Source: Zygnema circumcarinatum SAG 698-1b | Taxonomy: Eukaryota; Plantae; Zygnematophyceae | Length of the DNA stretch: 64,000 nt | Assembly: GCA_037447605.1 (NCBI GenBank) | Contig: CM074812.1 | Span: 1,736,001 to 1,800,000 of the forward strand | Direction of reading: 5' to 3' | Part shown: in pieces, positions 22,307-35,375 of the stretch | Position numbering within the stretch: position 1 is the stretch's first letter | Layout of the letters: each line of letters begins with the position of its first letter | Position numbers and translations under genes: made by a program | The notes under the pieces: generated by a model | Databases searched by the model: none | Seen by the model: the letters and a program-made list of their open reading frames with translations, nothing else | What the model was told of the DNA's origin: nothing

Positions 22307-24287
22307 AGCTGCTTGCAAGCAAACGCAAAACAATGAAATGCGCTTAGAGCCTCAGCACCATCATCTCCTCCTGCAGCTGCAGATATCGGCTTCCTGCACT
22401 GCTGATTCCTCTTATTCAAGAATGAGCTGGAGAAGCCGCCGGTTCAAAATGGAGCTGCAAGCATGCTCCTATTCTTCCAAACTCATCACTCGAGCTTCCG
22501 GAGAACCTCATTTCGTTTTCATTCATTATTATTTTTAATAATTAATAAAATAATTAACCATGTGAATGTGAATATGTTAGATTGTTAAATTCTGTCGCTT
22601 TCAGCTGGCCCCATCAGCCTTCGTGGCGCCATGGCAGCAGCACATTTGAAGTTTCAAGAACTTGCAAACCCTAATTTGCTGCGTCGTGGCCAATACTGGT
22701 ACGTCGTAACAACTTAAATCAAAATAAATACATTAGATCCCATACAATTTCATATTATCACAGTACTATTTTCGATTGGAGGAAAGACGACGACTACGAA
22801 ACATATGGTTGTTTGTTTTGTAGCAGTAAAGGAAAAATTTTACCGTAAAGTCACGCGACTCATGTCACGTGAGGTCGTCGGTCGCGCAGTTCGTACAGTT
22901 TCTGTCGCCGTACAGAAAATGTACGGAATGCCCAGGTCTATGCATGGCTTTTTTATGCCATGGTGCCATGGCGCCATGACCATGGGGTGGGCATGGAAGG
23001 GGGCCCTCCATGGCCCATGGGGGTTCAATGCCAATTTTCTCTCTTTGGGCCAAACTGAAGGAGAGGTAAATGGATAAATACAGCTTGGAATATGCAATCA
23101 AAATTTTGAGAGGAGCAGAATGTAGCGTTGGTCTTGAAATGGGGAGGCCAGTAACAAGCGTTAGAAGGTGGGTACTATGAAGAACTGAGAGGAAATGGGG
23201 AAGGAAGATTTCTGCTTTCTGAGCTTGATTATTGGTCAGAATAAAGTTTGACAGGCCTGCAGGCCGGACGTCAGAGCTTCTGAGGATTCACAGCAGGCAA
23301 GCAGGCAGGCAGGCAGGCTCGTGCAAGGAAGGTCAGTCATCTTGCTGATGGCAGAGATTGTATGGTCTGCATTTTGCTGCAATATATTAACTGCTTGAAC
23401 ATGATTGGAGGTTCAGATGAGGTAATCGAGCAACAGCAATTCTGTGATGCAAGGGGGTTGTTCATCCCTTTGAGATATAATGAAAGCGGCTGTGTTTGAC
23501 AGCTGTGTCGCAGAAACACTTTTGTCGCAATAAAAAGAACTTCAGCATTTTGGCAACCATTTTGCAGAGGGTTCGGAGCCGGCTGCTCGCTCTGCCTGCT
23601 CACTCACTACGTTGGAGCTGCTGTGCCTTCACGTGCAGCCGTCCTCCCTAAAGTGAGCTCTGCAGCCAGTGAATGTGAACTACTGCAGCGACAAGGAAAA
23701 GGAAAAGAATAAGAAAGTAAAGGAGTGATTTGCGAAGCCCATGCAAGTGAGCTGCTCCATTCGTCAAACGGGAACACGCCACGTACCACGGCAACAGAGC
23801 ACGGAAAGAGCTTCATTGCAGTGTTGACTAGCACAATGCTGTACAATGCTCTCAAAACGTGGCCTGAATCGAGAAACAATTGTGCCTCGGAACGCGAGTA
23901 AAGCAGCTCTACAACCCTCGGCTGAACCCCGGACACCCCTTTTCTCAACTTTGCTGAGCATCTGGAGGCCAGTGATCCACTAAAAAAACCACTTCGGAAA
24001 CCCCTAAGGCACCACCCCCTTCCCCCCTCCCCCCCTCCTCCCCCCACCCACCCCCCTATTGTAAGCACACAACGCTGCTGCAGGCTGCAAACATATGCGA
24101 ACCCCCTCAAACAAACAAAACATAAAGCCAATATAGGATTCTACTTGCACTCTGTACTCTAATTCAGTGTAGCTTGGCTAAGCACTAAAGCAAACCTAAA
24201 AATCAAAGTGTTCAACCGTAAATCTAACACTGTATATGCTGTCTGCTTGTACCGACACAGGCTGCCTACATCCAGCTGTGTCGCAGC

Positions 24288-26321
24288 TCAACACATGCTG
24301 GTGAAGATGGCCTCGATGCGGTCAACAGATGCCGAAACCCGTCCAACGTTGACCCCAACCACAGGGTCACCCATTCCAACAGACCTGCTATATCCAGCAG
24401 AGGCACCTTTCAGATACATCATCAAAGCTGCCTACGAAGAAGCAAATCTTCTGAACTTCAGCTTCTATTCTGCATACGACCAGAACGGTGAGACTCTGAC
24501 TCTTACAGTGTCTGAGCATACGAGAGTGCAACAACCCTCGTGGTCCAGTGAAACCCCACATACCCTTAGTCTTACAAAAGACCTGCGCGAGGGTTCAGAG
24601 GGACTGTCTGCAGAAAAGCATTCTTACCCGTGGAGATGAGGCAGATTAAATTCGGCACTCCACCCTGCACGTGCATCAAGACCTGGGCAGATAGGTAGAC
24701 TGGTTTTCCGTCTGACTGCGAGAGAAGTTGGGGCAGCCGGACCTCCCCACGCAGAGCCAATTTTCCAGCGTAGACCCGTTGTGTGATTAGCGAAGTCGTG
24801 GCCTACCCCGATCTGTTTTTCGACCACCACATTTGCACCCCAGAAGAATACAGCGGATCAATTCATAGAAATGTATAACAATGGGAATGCTGGACAGATA
24901 CTGACAGGTTTACTCGCACAAGGAAAACAATCACCCAGCAGTACAGACAAGAGAAGAAAATGAAACGCATGAGGTGAGTTCTTGCCTGAAATGTGAGGAA
25001 GCTGCTCAAAGGGATTTTTCCTGACAGGAATCGAATGTCCTGACGTTGCGGTTCATACAGCAGTTTCCAGTTGTGATGCTCGTTACTCGGCTTGAGAACA
25101 AACTTGAAGCTTGCACTCGCCACCTGACAATCGCCAGCCCAATTACAGAGTAGTGAATACGGCAAAATTGACAACTGTCATCACCAGGCACGCTTGCATC
25201 ACACGATGGGAAAGGCAGAGTTTTAGGAAAAGAATGTGAAGGAACTTTGCAAAGCAGTAGGTTTCTAAGAACAGCAAAACTAATGTTTAAGTCTTCTTGT
25301 TCGGTACATGCCAAAGCAGATTTACAGGCTTTCCCAAACATACCTCAAAGCCGCAGACACTTAGTGAGTGTTCTGACTGTGACCGGTCAGTTTTCTGAAC
25401 AGCGTCACTGCGTGAAAACTGCAATCAATGAACCACAAATTCTTCAGCAGAAAGTAAAAACAAATCTGACACACAATAAACTCAGACCTCAGTGTTCTTT
25501 AGGAGCGGCTCTGAAATGTGGGGAGCGCTTGGCAGTTTTAGGGTTACACTGCTACCACATATTTAAGAAAATGTGATCTTACTGACAGACTGCATTCCAA
25601 TGAATGCGTTGTCATTGCTTTAAGACTCTCCAGTAGAATTTTTTTTGCACATTGCATTGTACAAGTTCATCCTTCAAAACATTACGCATGAGAAAGAGTC
25701 TACCTTCAGATAATGCTCTTCTTTAGACATGCTATAGCATTCGTTAAGAAAGAGACCTACAGACCACCATCCAGATCCTCTGACCTTCTCCACCGAAATG
25801 CTTGAACCGTTCTCAAACTGCCTCTTTAACCTCTCTTCTGCAACATGCGTTTGTGTTCTAAACAAAAGGATGAAAACTGTTGCTCGTTCAAACTCATTTG
25901 GGATCACGTCCTGAAGTCACTATTATGATAGGTCATAAAGATCCCGTCAATATCTACCGCAGATGATGAACACAGATTCGATACTGGACAGAGTCGACAA
26001 TCAACATGGTGATGTCCATGACGAGCAGGCGTGCCACACAAGCCACAACATGAAGCGAGAAATCACCTCACAGTTGGCACCAAACCGAACGAATTCTGTT
26101 TGCTGACGGAACTTAGCGATGAACTTTTTTGGCCGCCAGTCCACCTGATAAGCGTCCTGCCACCATGCTGGCCCTGGCATGACTGCATGTAGCCCCCTCC
26201 GACTCCCGCTGGAAGACCTCTGTCTGCCATTTCCAACAACTGCTTCCCCTTCGCCTCGTGATAATGTTATCCCAACCTCCATTTTGTTCTCATCGCCACT
26301 CGTCGTCACCTGACGGCCCAT
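24288..26321 (-). CDS. ORG4-like: ORG4 / At2g06010-like conserved plant protein of unknown function
   Basis: Spliced segments WQDAYQVDWRPKKFIAKFRQQTEFVRFGANCE | KFVLKP..WKLLYEPQRQDIRFLSGKIPLSSFLTFQ | IGVGHDF..GWSAEFNLPHLHG | SVGMGDP..VGRVSASVDRIEAIFT follow the recalled ORG4 layout. Start codon uncertain. Confidence 0.8.
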
Positions 26322-26591
26322 AGCAGATCCTAATGAATGAGCGTATTGCAGTAACATTTTCCTGATGCAGACTGCTGGAATGCCAGTGGTGCCGCGTGAC
26401 TTTCTTTCGTCCACAAAAAACTGGTACATACTTTATGTATACAAAAGCGAGACCTTTGACAAGACTTGTCAGAGTTAACTCAAGAGTTAACTCAGGCAGA
26501 GTCACCCTTTTGTGATGTCTTCAAGTAAATGAATAACTTTGAATAGAACGAATGCATGCCCTTGCATTATTGAGTAGTTGCAAAGTTCCAT

Positions 26592-27162
26592 TCAATTGGG
26601 ACTCACCAAACCTCCACGCACAAAAGCAGGCGAACTCTGCTGCCGCGACCCCGCATTCGCCTGCGCCGCCCCTTCCACTCTGCGAGAGCTGCCTCGCTGC
26701 CGCTCGTCGCCTGAAGGCCTCCCCTCACGAGGAACCGGCGTCCGAGAACCACTTTCCGGTCTGCTGCCCATTCCACATACTTTCACGCGCTTTTCAAGGG
26801 GGAAAAAAAAACTCAGTTCTCATCTCTGCCACCAGCAGCCCACCATAGCCAGCCCCTGATATCGCCTACATCATGAAGAAGTCAAAGACATACCTTCGGC
26901 TTCCCTGGGATTCTCCTGTTGGCGAGCCCCTATTGCGCTCCCTGGTTGCATCTGCACTCCTTCCCTGCGACCTACTTTCGCTTGAAGAAGATCCATGGCT
27001 GCTTGGCCGCGATTCCGAACCCTCAAAATGAGCAAGACGAGAAGAGAAGTTTCCTGCTCCAGGCGTCTCCCTTCTACTGCTCGCAGCAGCAGGCTGCTGT
27101 CCTGCAGGAGCTGCAGGAGCGCTTGCTTCTGCAGGACTCGCCCCCCATATTCCGCGTCCCAT
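26592..27162 (-). CDS. Possible two-exon Ser/Arg/Gly-rich ORF, or upstream exons of the ORG4-like gene
   Basis: ORFs 26866-27162 and 26592-26786 join in frame across a GT-AG intron at 26761-26893. No recognisable domain. Confidence 0.3.
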
Positions 27163-27752
27163 ACCAATAAATTGAGTCTATTTATCTACAAATTCAAAGG
27201 ATTTGCTGCAACTCTATGCTTATCCTCGTACAATGCAGTGATCAATCAGAAGTTTGGACACACGATCACATGCTTGGGCTGCGCTTTCAGAGTGGTCGTT
27301 TGCTTTCGCAACAAGAGGTAAAAAAGCTTGCTCTTATTCACTGCGTGGTTGAAAAGAGGGACAGCAAAGGCAGGCCTCCACTGGAAGAAGAAGGCTGCTT
27401 TCAGCATCTTGCAGTGGAGCGCCCGCCATGGCTGCGACCTTCTTCAGGGGAAGGAGATGCTCCTGCAGGGAAACCTAATCCTTTAAGATCGCGATCCAGG
27501 AAGTCCCAATTTGTCAATAAAATATTCTTCGACAATCGAAAAACAAGTGTCAACGGTTAAAAAAAACGTTTCTAGGATATTTTTTTGGGATAACTTTTTG
27601 TTTTGGGCAGTGGTGACCCTTTCCTCGTGTGACCGTGTAAAGCCGGCCAATCGCGAGATCGAAATCTGCCCGGAAAATATGTGTACTTGCTGCCCCAGAA
27701 ACCGGTCAGGATTTATTTTTTCCTTTTTTTTTTCACTTTTCTGCCTGGATTT

Positions 27753-27820
27753 ACACGTGTGGTGAGCCCGCACAATGGTGCCACGTGGCGGGGTAGGCGC
27801 GCATGTCGACATGCCACGTG
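27753..27820. promoter_or_regulatory. G-box/ABRE palindrome cluster in a divergent intergenic region
   Basis: ACACGTGT (27753), GCCACGTGGC (27780), GCATGTCGACATGC (27800), GCCACGTGG (27812). Confidence 0.5.
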
Positions 27821-28144
27821 GTGGTTACGCCCTCTACGGTGCCAATACGATATATCGTTTTGACTATAAGTCCATGGAGTATATCGTATCGGAATATCAC
27901 AAAATCTCTTGGAAATATCTTTGTCGATATATAAGATATATCGCCAATTCCGCTCGTGGTTTCGATTTTTTGGAAGCTTCCAGCCCGCGGCGGCAGCTTT
28001 TGGAAACCCTCTCCCTCTCCCTCCCGCCCTCCCTCTGTCCTTTTCTCCCTCTCCCTTCCTCTCTCTCACTCCCTCTGTCCCTCCCTCTCTCCATCTCTCT
28101 CCAGCTACACTGCAACAGCGCCGTCTCTGAGCGCCTTCCTGGCC

Positions 28145-30011
28145 ATGTCTTCCAACGCGGCTCGCCTGCTCTGCACACGTGTCGCCCGCGCATTAGGTGG
28201 CTCCGCACGCGCGGGAGGAAGGCTCGGCCAGGCCTTCCCCTTGAGCTCCTTGGCCTCCAGACAGCCATGGCTGCCTCCGCAGGCGCCTCTCCCCCCTGCA
28301 CGGAGCGAAGGCAGCAGAGCGTTCAGCTCGGCAGGGTCGAAGGAGCTTCTCAAAGTGCTCAAGTCGGAGATCGAGCACGAGAAGGAGAGCTTTGAAGTGC
28401 CTGAGGTACCCCATAACCAATCTCTATCCTTCGATCATCATCGACATTATTATTACATTTCTATATTTTTATAGTATATGCTTTTTTATATGTAGATATG
28501 TTTTTTTGTTCATTTTAAGTTCACTGATTCACAGAAAGGTGAACTTGCTTGCGATTCGGGTTTTGGGTTTCTGTTTAAAAACTGGTTCGTTTTGCTCATT
28601 CCCCTTTATTTATTAATCTTCTTTTACCGTGAGTTGGCCGCTTGCACCAAGCGTATTATTCCTGGCTGTGGGAAGCTTGTTTTAAGTAGCTAGTGATGAA
28701 ATCACGACTATATGTTCATGAATATCTTGAAGAGCATGCGAATGAAGCTTCTCTATCATTTATTCATTCCCTACCTGTCTCCTACCCTCCCTCCTTCCCT
28801 CCCTCCCTCCCTTCATCCCTCCTTCTGTTCTCAAGGCCTTATTCAAAAATGAAAAGCGGGGGAGTAGGTTTGAGTCCAACTTCGGTTGTGGAGCTCATCA
28901 CCCTCCCTTTTTTTTTTTGCAGGAGGTGGCGAGGGGTCCGCCGAAGCCCTTCAAGTTGGAGGATAAGAAGGGATTAGGAGAAATTGTGCTTCGACGCACC
29001 TATGAGAATGAAGAGATCACTCTTCACCTTCCGATTCAGCCGGAGAATTATTCAGAGAACCAAAATGTAAGGAGCGTAAATGCCCTAAACTTTTCAAAGA
29101 AGAGTCGAAATTTATGATATGTTCTATCGCTTGATGAATTAACGGATACGAGTGCATGCATGCATGCATGCTTCCGCGGAGTTGAATTGGTGTTTCTTTT
29201 AAGTTGGGTGTCATTTCATTTTTACGGTGAAGTTCAACTGAATATTATACTCACGTGAGCTTGAACAAATAATGGGGACAGAAGAAATTAACTCCAAGAA
29301 ACCTTGCGTTTAGTGTGTACTCTTGAACAGAGAGGTGATTGCAGTCAGATAAAAGCATTGTATTTGTTTAAGATAAGGAATTTTCCGAAACGCTGAATGC
29401 AATTGACTTAGGGGAGAACGCGCTTGCAGCAAGAACAAGGAGGAGAGGAGGGAGAGGAGGGAGAGGGCGAGGAGAGGGATCAAGTTCCGGTCCTTGCAGC
29501 GGAGATCAAGATCTCGAAGAACTCGGACAAGCCTTGGCTCGAGATCCATGTCTCTATTGAAGGGGACAGTTGGTTCGCCCATACAATCTTCTTTGAGGAA
29601 CAGACGAAATTGGATACGAGATTATATACTGGTCCCGATATTTCGTGAGTACCCAGCGGAGCCGCCCCATGTCTTAAATAGAGTAGAGTTAAATTAAACA
29701 AATTTGTCAATTCAGTATGTACAGCCGTTTGTAGCATATACCCATTTACTGTTCCATCTCTCTCTCCCTTTCTCCTTTTCCTTTTCCTGTCTTTCTTTAC
29801 ATGGGTTATATTTGCCTAACTCCTGCCGCTTTTGGGTCTTTTGGAGAGCAGGACCTTGGATGACAGGCTTCAGGCCTTGTTTGACAAGTATCTACTCCAG
29901 CGCGGTTTTAACGCTGAGTTGGCTCAGTATGCGCGCTCTGCAATTCAACTCAAGGAGCAACGGGAGTATATGAACTGGCTTCAGAACATGAAGGAGTTTA
30001 TTGCGGAGTAG
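28145..30011 (+). CDS. Mitochondrial acidic matrix glycoprotein (MAM33/C1QBP family)
   Basis: Arg/Ala/Ser-rich presequence ending RAFSS. Then LLKVLKSEIEHE | PFKLEDKKGLGEIVLRRTYENEEI | acidic loop, YTGPDIS | TLDDRLQALFDKYLLQRGF..KEQREYMNWLQNMKEFI*. Confidence 0.9.
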
Positions 30012-30963
30012 AGTACTGCCTGAACCTCTCTCGGGCTCACCTTGCGGGAGTTCAGCCACAATGCTCGCCTGCCCGGTCCTCCTCCATGGGCGACTCACAT
30101 TTGCAAAGAATGAGATTATCTGATTTTTGATCCTACATGAGAGAAATGTGAGCTGGAGAGATTTTTTTTTTTGGCATCTATCCCTCATCAGACTTAGGTA
30201 TATGATCGGCAGATTGTTGTAAGCAGGCCTTGCGTCAGAGACAATGCTGCTATTTGTAACTGGAGAGTCGAATAAAAGCAAGCCTTAACGGGCAGGCCAG
30301 AAGCGGCATCTTCTTGGAGGGTTCAGGGCCTCAATTTTTGTAAGGAAGCACGAGAGAGTTTTATGGGTATTCATACAATTGACTCGGCTTCACTCGCCAA
30401 TTTTGACAAGTTGATAGGAGCCCCCCACCCATTTCCAGTGCGCAGAGTTTGAGAGAGTGATGTTGCCGGTCATTGCAGGCCATGTCACCCATAGAGATTT
30501 TATATGGGTGTGTGGCGGACCGCATGGTGTCCATTTGACAAACCGATCGAGTTACACATCCTTTGCTGGTAGTGAAAGAGAGAAATGAGAACTTGAATTT
30601 CCTTCGGGGTGTGTTGGAAGCTGCCTTTTCATTCCTTCCTTTCTTTATCAGATAAAGAAGGTTGGTTGATTCAGGCTTCCCTGTTCCATAATGGCACAGT
30701 CATTATGGAGTCACATGGAATCTGGCCCTTCTTAAATCCAAGCATTACTAACCTCTGTCAGAGACATGATCGAGTTTCTGTTCAGAACGTATCGAAGCAG
30801 TCAGTGCACGCTGTGCAATACAAACCCATGGGCCAGTTTTGAGCACTTTGTGCCACAAATTAAAAACCTTGCACTTCAATAATAAGCAAACGGATGTTAC
30901 ACTGCAGATCACTCACGGAACAAAAACAAGGCACAGCGCAGCACTGGATATGATGGGCCGCGT

Positions 30964-33900
30964 TCAGCGCGGGCAGCAGGCGACTCTCCTGCAGGGTCGA
31001 TAGGATATCACGTCACCCCAGTGCTGGTGAAGCCCTGGGCGGAGCTGCTCCCCTGCCGGCGTCAAACGCGTCCGATCATCTGCGTGGCTCGCATCCCCTC
31101 CCTCCTCCGCCCTCCCCCCCCTCTCTTCCCGCTCCTGCTATCCATGCCGGGTGCTCTCTGAGAGCAGCATGAACTGGCCGACTCATTCTTGTATGTACAC
31201 AGGTCAAGACCGATAAAATACAGTCAAACCAGGCTGCAATGCCTGCCTCCGTGCGCCTTCAATTGGCACTCTTTGAGTGCTCCTGCAGACGCTGCAGCTC
31301 GTCTTGACATGCCAGCAGCTGCATTTCCCGCTCCAACAAGTCTTCCAGGAGCCTTTTTATTTCCTTCTTGGCTTTGGCCCCCGCCGCCCCTGCCACAGGT
31401 CTCTTTCCATGGCTGTTTCCTCCCTCTCCCAACATCACCCCACCTCCCTCTGCACAAAACACGCAGTGGGTCCCCCCTTCCCCGCTGCTGCCGCTTCCAT
31501 GATGACCGCTCCCCCGCTCCCCCACAATCCGTAAAGTACAACTTGCTTCACCTGCTAGAGGCTGGTTATGATGGAAACTTCCACTAACCGGTATATGGCT
31601 GTTTGCTTGCCCAGTATGACTGCTAGTGTGACTGCTACTATGGCTGCTGTTGCTGACTTTGTGACTCCTGTCTCCCTTGTGCTGTCTTAGCTCCAACTCA
31701 CTACTCACCTTTGCTTCACTTCCTGTGTCCAATTCCAGTGAGTGATCTTCTCTACTTAGCAGCCAGGAGGAGAGTGCCTCCAGCTTTGCATGAAGGATCT
31801 CCTCCGCTTTGAGGGCTCGCAGCTCCATCTCTGCCTGAGCTCGAGAAGCTTCTTCTGCATCCGCAAAAGCTTCAAGCGTTTCCATGCCGCGACGCTGCGC
31901 TTCTACTTCTGCATGCTGCCGTGCTTCACGCTCTCTCTGCAACAAGGAACGCACAGATTTCAGTCAATACATGCTGTGAACATATGAGACTTTAGCCTAA
32001 CAGTATCCCATGAGTGTACTTAACTGCATGCTCAAAAAGAAAATAGCATAAAAAAGGACTGCGATAGAACAACCCGCTGACAAGACAAGCTAGCAAACAA
32101 AGCACGAGAGAACACTGAAGAAAGTGTACGAGCCTACTTGAAGGATAGCAGTCCATGCTCTCGTCTCTGCATCTGCTCCTGGAATTGTTCCCTCGTGCAA
32201 TAGAACATTTGCTGATTTCGCAGCTATCTCCGCTTGCAGCCTTTCGATGGTTTCATTGGCTTCTCCAAGGGTCCGCTGTGCTTCTGCTCTCATTCGCCTT
32301 TCTGAGTCAAGCTCTGACACTGCAGCCTACATTTTGAACCCAACAGACAAACAACTTGCGTCAAATGAACAAATCTCTGAGTGAGGGAACTCAGAGTCGG
32401 TCGCTATTCAGCAGCCGTATGTCAAAAGAAAGGAGCAGCATATGAGGCAGACCCACCTCTAGTTGTCTCTCCAGACTCGACTGCTGCAGTTTGAGAGCAG
32501 CCATGGGGGTGCAGACACTTGGCAAGCTCTCTTGCTGCCGTAAGAGCTTCATATCCTCTGAAAGACTCCACTCCTTGCATACTGCCACGGAGGCAACACC
32601 CTGCCCCCTGTTTCCAAAAGGAAACAAACTGTGAGCCTATGTTTCTTTCCTAGTATCTACGAAAAAATGAAGATATTTGGCAGCCTCGTTTAACAAACAT
32701 CTGTGCCTGGGATTTTCCATCGTGAAACTTTTAGAAACGTTTAGAAACGATTGCTCCACCTGCAAAGGAAGCATAGCCTCTGTGGTTGCATAGCATCATC
32801 CCCTCCTCCCAACGCTAGTTGTCCCAATGCAGGGTTTGCTCCACTCTGTCCTTGCAGCTCTTCAGAGTAAAGCGGAATGTCAGAGGGAAGATGTTCAGAA
32901 GCATCCTCCCCTTCTGCAAATGATGTTATGTCTGCGATAGCGCTGCTTACGATCACTTTCTCCAACAGTGGATGCTCGTGCAGGTCTTCCCGTACCTGCG
33001 ATTAACGATTGAGGCTATCGCAATGAGCAGTCGCACAGATTGTCCACAAGTCCACATTATGGGAATAAGCATGGAGCGAGGGCTTCGTAAAGTAGGCTGT
33101 AGGTATACCTCTGGATAGACCTTGATGATTTTCTTCACAAACTGCAGCAGCTCTGTCCAAAGATACACAGCCCCTCCGAAGACACCTGCAGCACATGTGC
33201 ACCGACCAAGAGTGATGGACGGACAATGAGAAGGGTCATGTAGAACCGCACAGCTTGCAAGTCGTTGGAGTTGCAACATTAACTGGCCATGATATAAAAC
33301 CAATCGACGGTGGCAAAGTGGAGTGGAATGCACAAAAGCCTTGGCTTTCAGACACTATACAGCTAACAAATACAAGTACTTTGAAACTAACGCCAAAGTG
33401 TTATTGGTGCTGAAGTATTTTTATTCATTGCTGCATGTCGTCTTTCTTATAAGTTTATGCATGCTCTGAGAAAGAAACATCAAATGTATTCTACGCTTAG
33501 AAGACATGGATAAGAGATAACATCACAAAGCGAGGAAGGAAGAGGGAGCTTGAGCAGCAAGTCTGATAACTAACGTGAGGTGAAGAAAAGATGAGGGTTT
33601 GCGGCAAACTCACCGAGAGCAGCTATGAGACAGCCTGCTTGAATGGCGTAGCCCACAGTATGGGCAACCAGGACATGCCACTCGTCTGGCACCAAAAGGC
33701 CCATGCCCCTGCAGATTGGACGGGCAGAAAAAAAAAAAAAAAGAACGGGAACAGAGCTCCCTTCCTCTGTTAAAAACGTAGGATTTCATGGGGTTGGAGG
33801 AGTTGTCTTATGAGCCAAAAAAGTAAAGATGAAACGGGTGAGCGCAAAATTCGTTTGAACGTCCGCTACTTACCATAGGGCAGAGAGCCAACCTACAGCA

Positions 33901-35375
33901 GTTGCAAGAAGCCAGCGTGACTGCAATTTCCCCCCTATGTCCATTCAGTCAACAATAAGTAACAACATAGCTGTGTGACAAAGGAAAGCTGAACGTTACT
34001 TGACAACACCAACTTCCTATCTCAATGCCTCTGGCAAAGCAGTCCAAAGGAGGAGTTGTATGCTGCCCCACTGCACTCCTTCAGATGCCTCCATTCAAGG
34101 CAGCTAATATGCTACTTTTACAAATTTCAATGTAAGTCGAGTAAAGCACACCGTCTATCATAGACGACAATACATGAAACGAAAGCGACCAAACGTCCTA
34201 AAGTGAAAGACATTTTCCCTGTATAGAAATCTCCAACAACAGCACACCTGCTAACAAATAAAGCAACTCCTACAAATTAGAACCAATTCACCTATGAAAG
34301 CCAAGAAAAGAAATGCACCTGTCGTGTAGTGATGAGAAGGAATAGGCCAAGCCCCGCTGCGTGTGAGGCAAAAGCCCATGCGGCTGCATTCAAACACCAC
34401 ATTCATACGTAAATAGCAGCAACACATGCCTACGCCAAATCTCGGCAGAAACTTCAGGAATGAGAAGCCAAAATACACCAATGCCTTGTCAAAACTACAG
34501 GTTGTCAACGGTTATGCACAAAACTGCAACAAGACAAAGGGGCTCAACCTTTCGTGCACAACTTCCGAGTGCGTGTTGTCGTCAGTGAATGCATGCAGGA
34601 TGCATGAAGCATGTATTGTGGAACCTCAAGGTCAATCTGACGAAGGTCCAAAAAATGCAATCTTGGTGGTCTACTATACAAAGTGCAAAGGGAATCTTAT
34701 AAATTTCTCCTACGAAAACAGAACCGGCTAAGATTTTTCTGCGGACCAAATAAGTTTAGATACCCTTTATTTTGCTCACCATGTGGCTCATCAGTAGCAG
34801 GAGTGACGATGGTGAAGAACGCGTTGCAGACAAATCTGGATATTGGCTTCGCCTACGTAGCAACAAAAATCTAGAATCATGGATTGGCATCTGAATGTTG
34901 AATAACCACGGACTCAAATCAAGGGCTTAAACTTTCCCGTTCTCTAGATCGGCTACATTCGACTGCTCCTATGCCTGACAGAGTCATTTTCTACTATTCT
35001 CTTTAGACACCAAACACTGCAGCTGGTGCAAGCGGAATAAGTATGAAACGAAACACAGATTCTGATGCAGAACCGACATATTCCTACTCGAACAACTGCA
35101 TCCAGTGGCACCAACTCTTGTGAAGAAAATGCATGACCGCAGCCAAGTAGGGTTAGAGGCGTTACAAGTTCAAAGAACCAATAAACGAAGCCGCTAACAA
35201 AGAACCAAGCGGCGAATGCCAGCCATTTCCTGGTCTCCCGGCCGTGGTTCTGAGGATCAAGAGCGCTCTTTTTACTGCTCGAAGATGACGTGATGCTGCG
35301 CACTCCTCTCCGACCAGGAGTGCGAGCAAATCGCGAAGGATTTGCTGACTGATGGCGTCGGAAGGCCATTCTCAA
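30964..35375 (-). CDS. Hypothetical multi-exon protein: N-terminal hydrophobic segments plus C-terminal coiled coil
   Basis: In-frame spliced pieces include SRWLLATAVGWLSALW|GMGLLVPDEWHVLVAHTVGYAIQAGCLIAAL|GVFGGAVYLWTELLQFVKKII. Heptad-rich exons at 31259-32627. Start, end and some 5' exons uncertain. Confidence 0.55.

Noticed and set aside
23607-24131. 174-aa minus-strand ORF downstream of the ORG4-like gene
   Set aside because: No homology recognised; likely 3' UTR or non-coding exons.
30964-35375. Possible FIP1 (At2g06005, neighbour of ORG4 in Arabidopsis) identity for the membrane/coiled-coil gene
   Set aside because: The recalled FIP1 motifs are not present in the translated exons.
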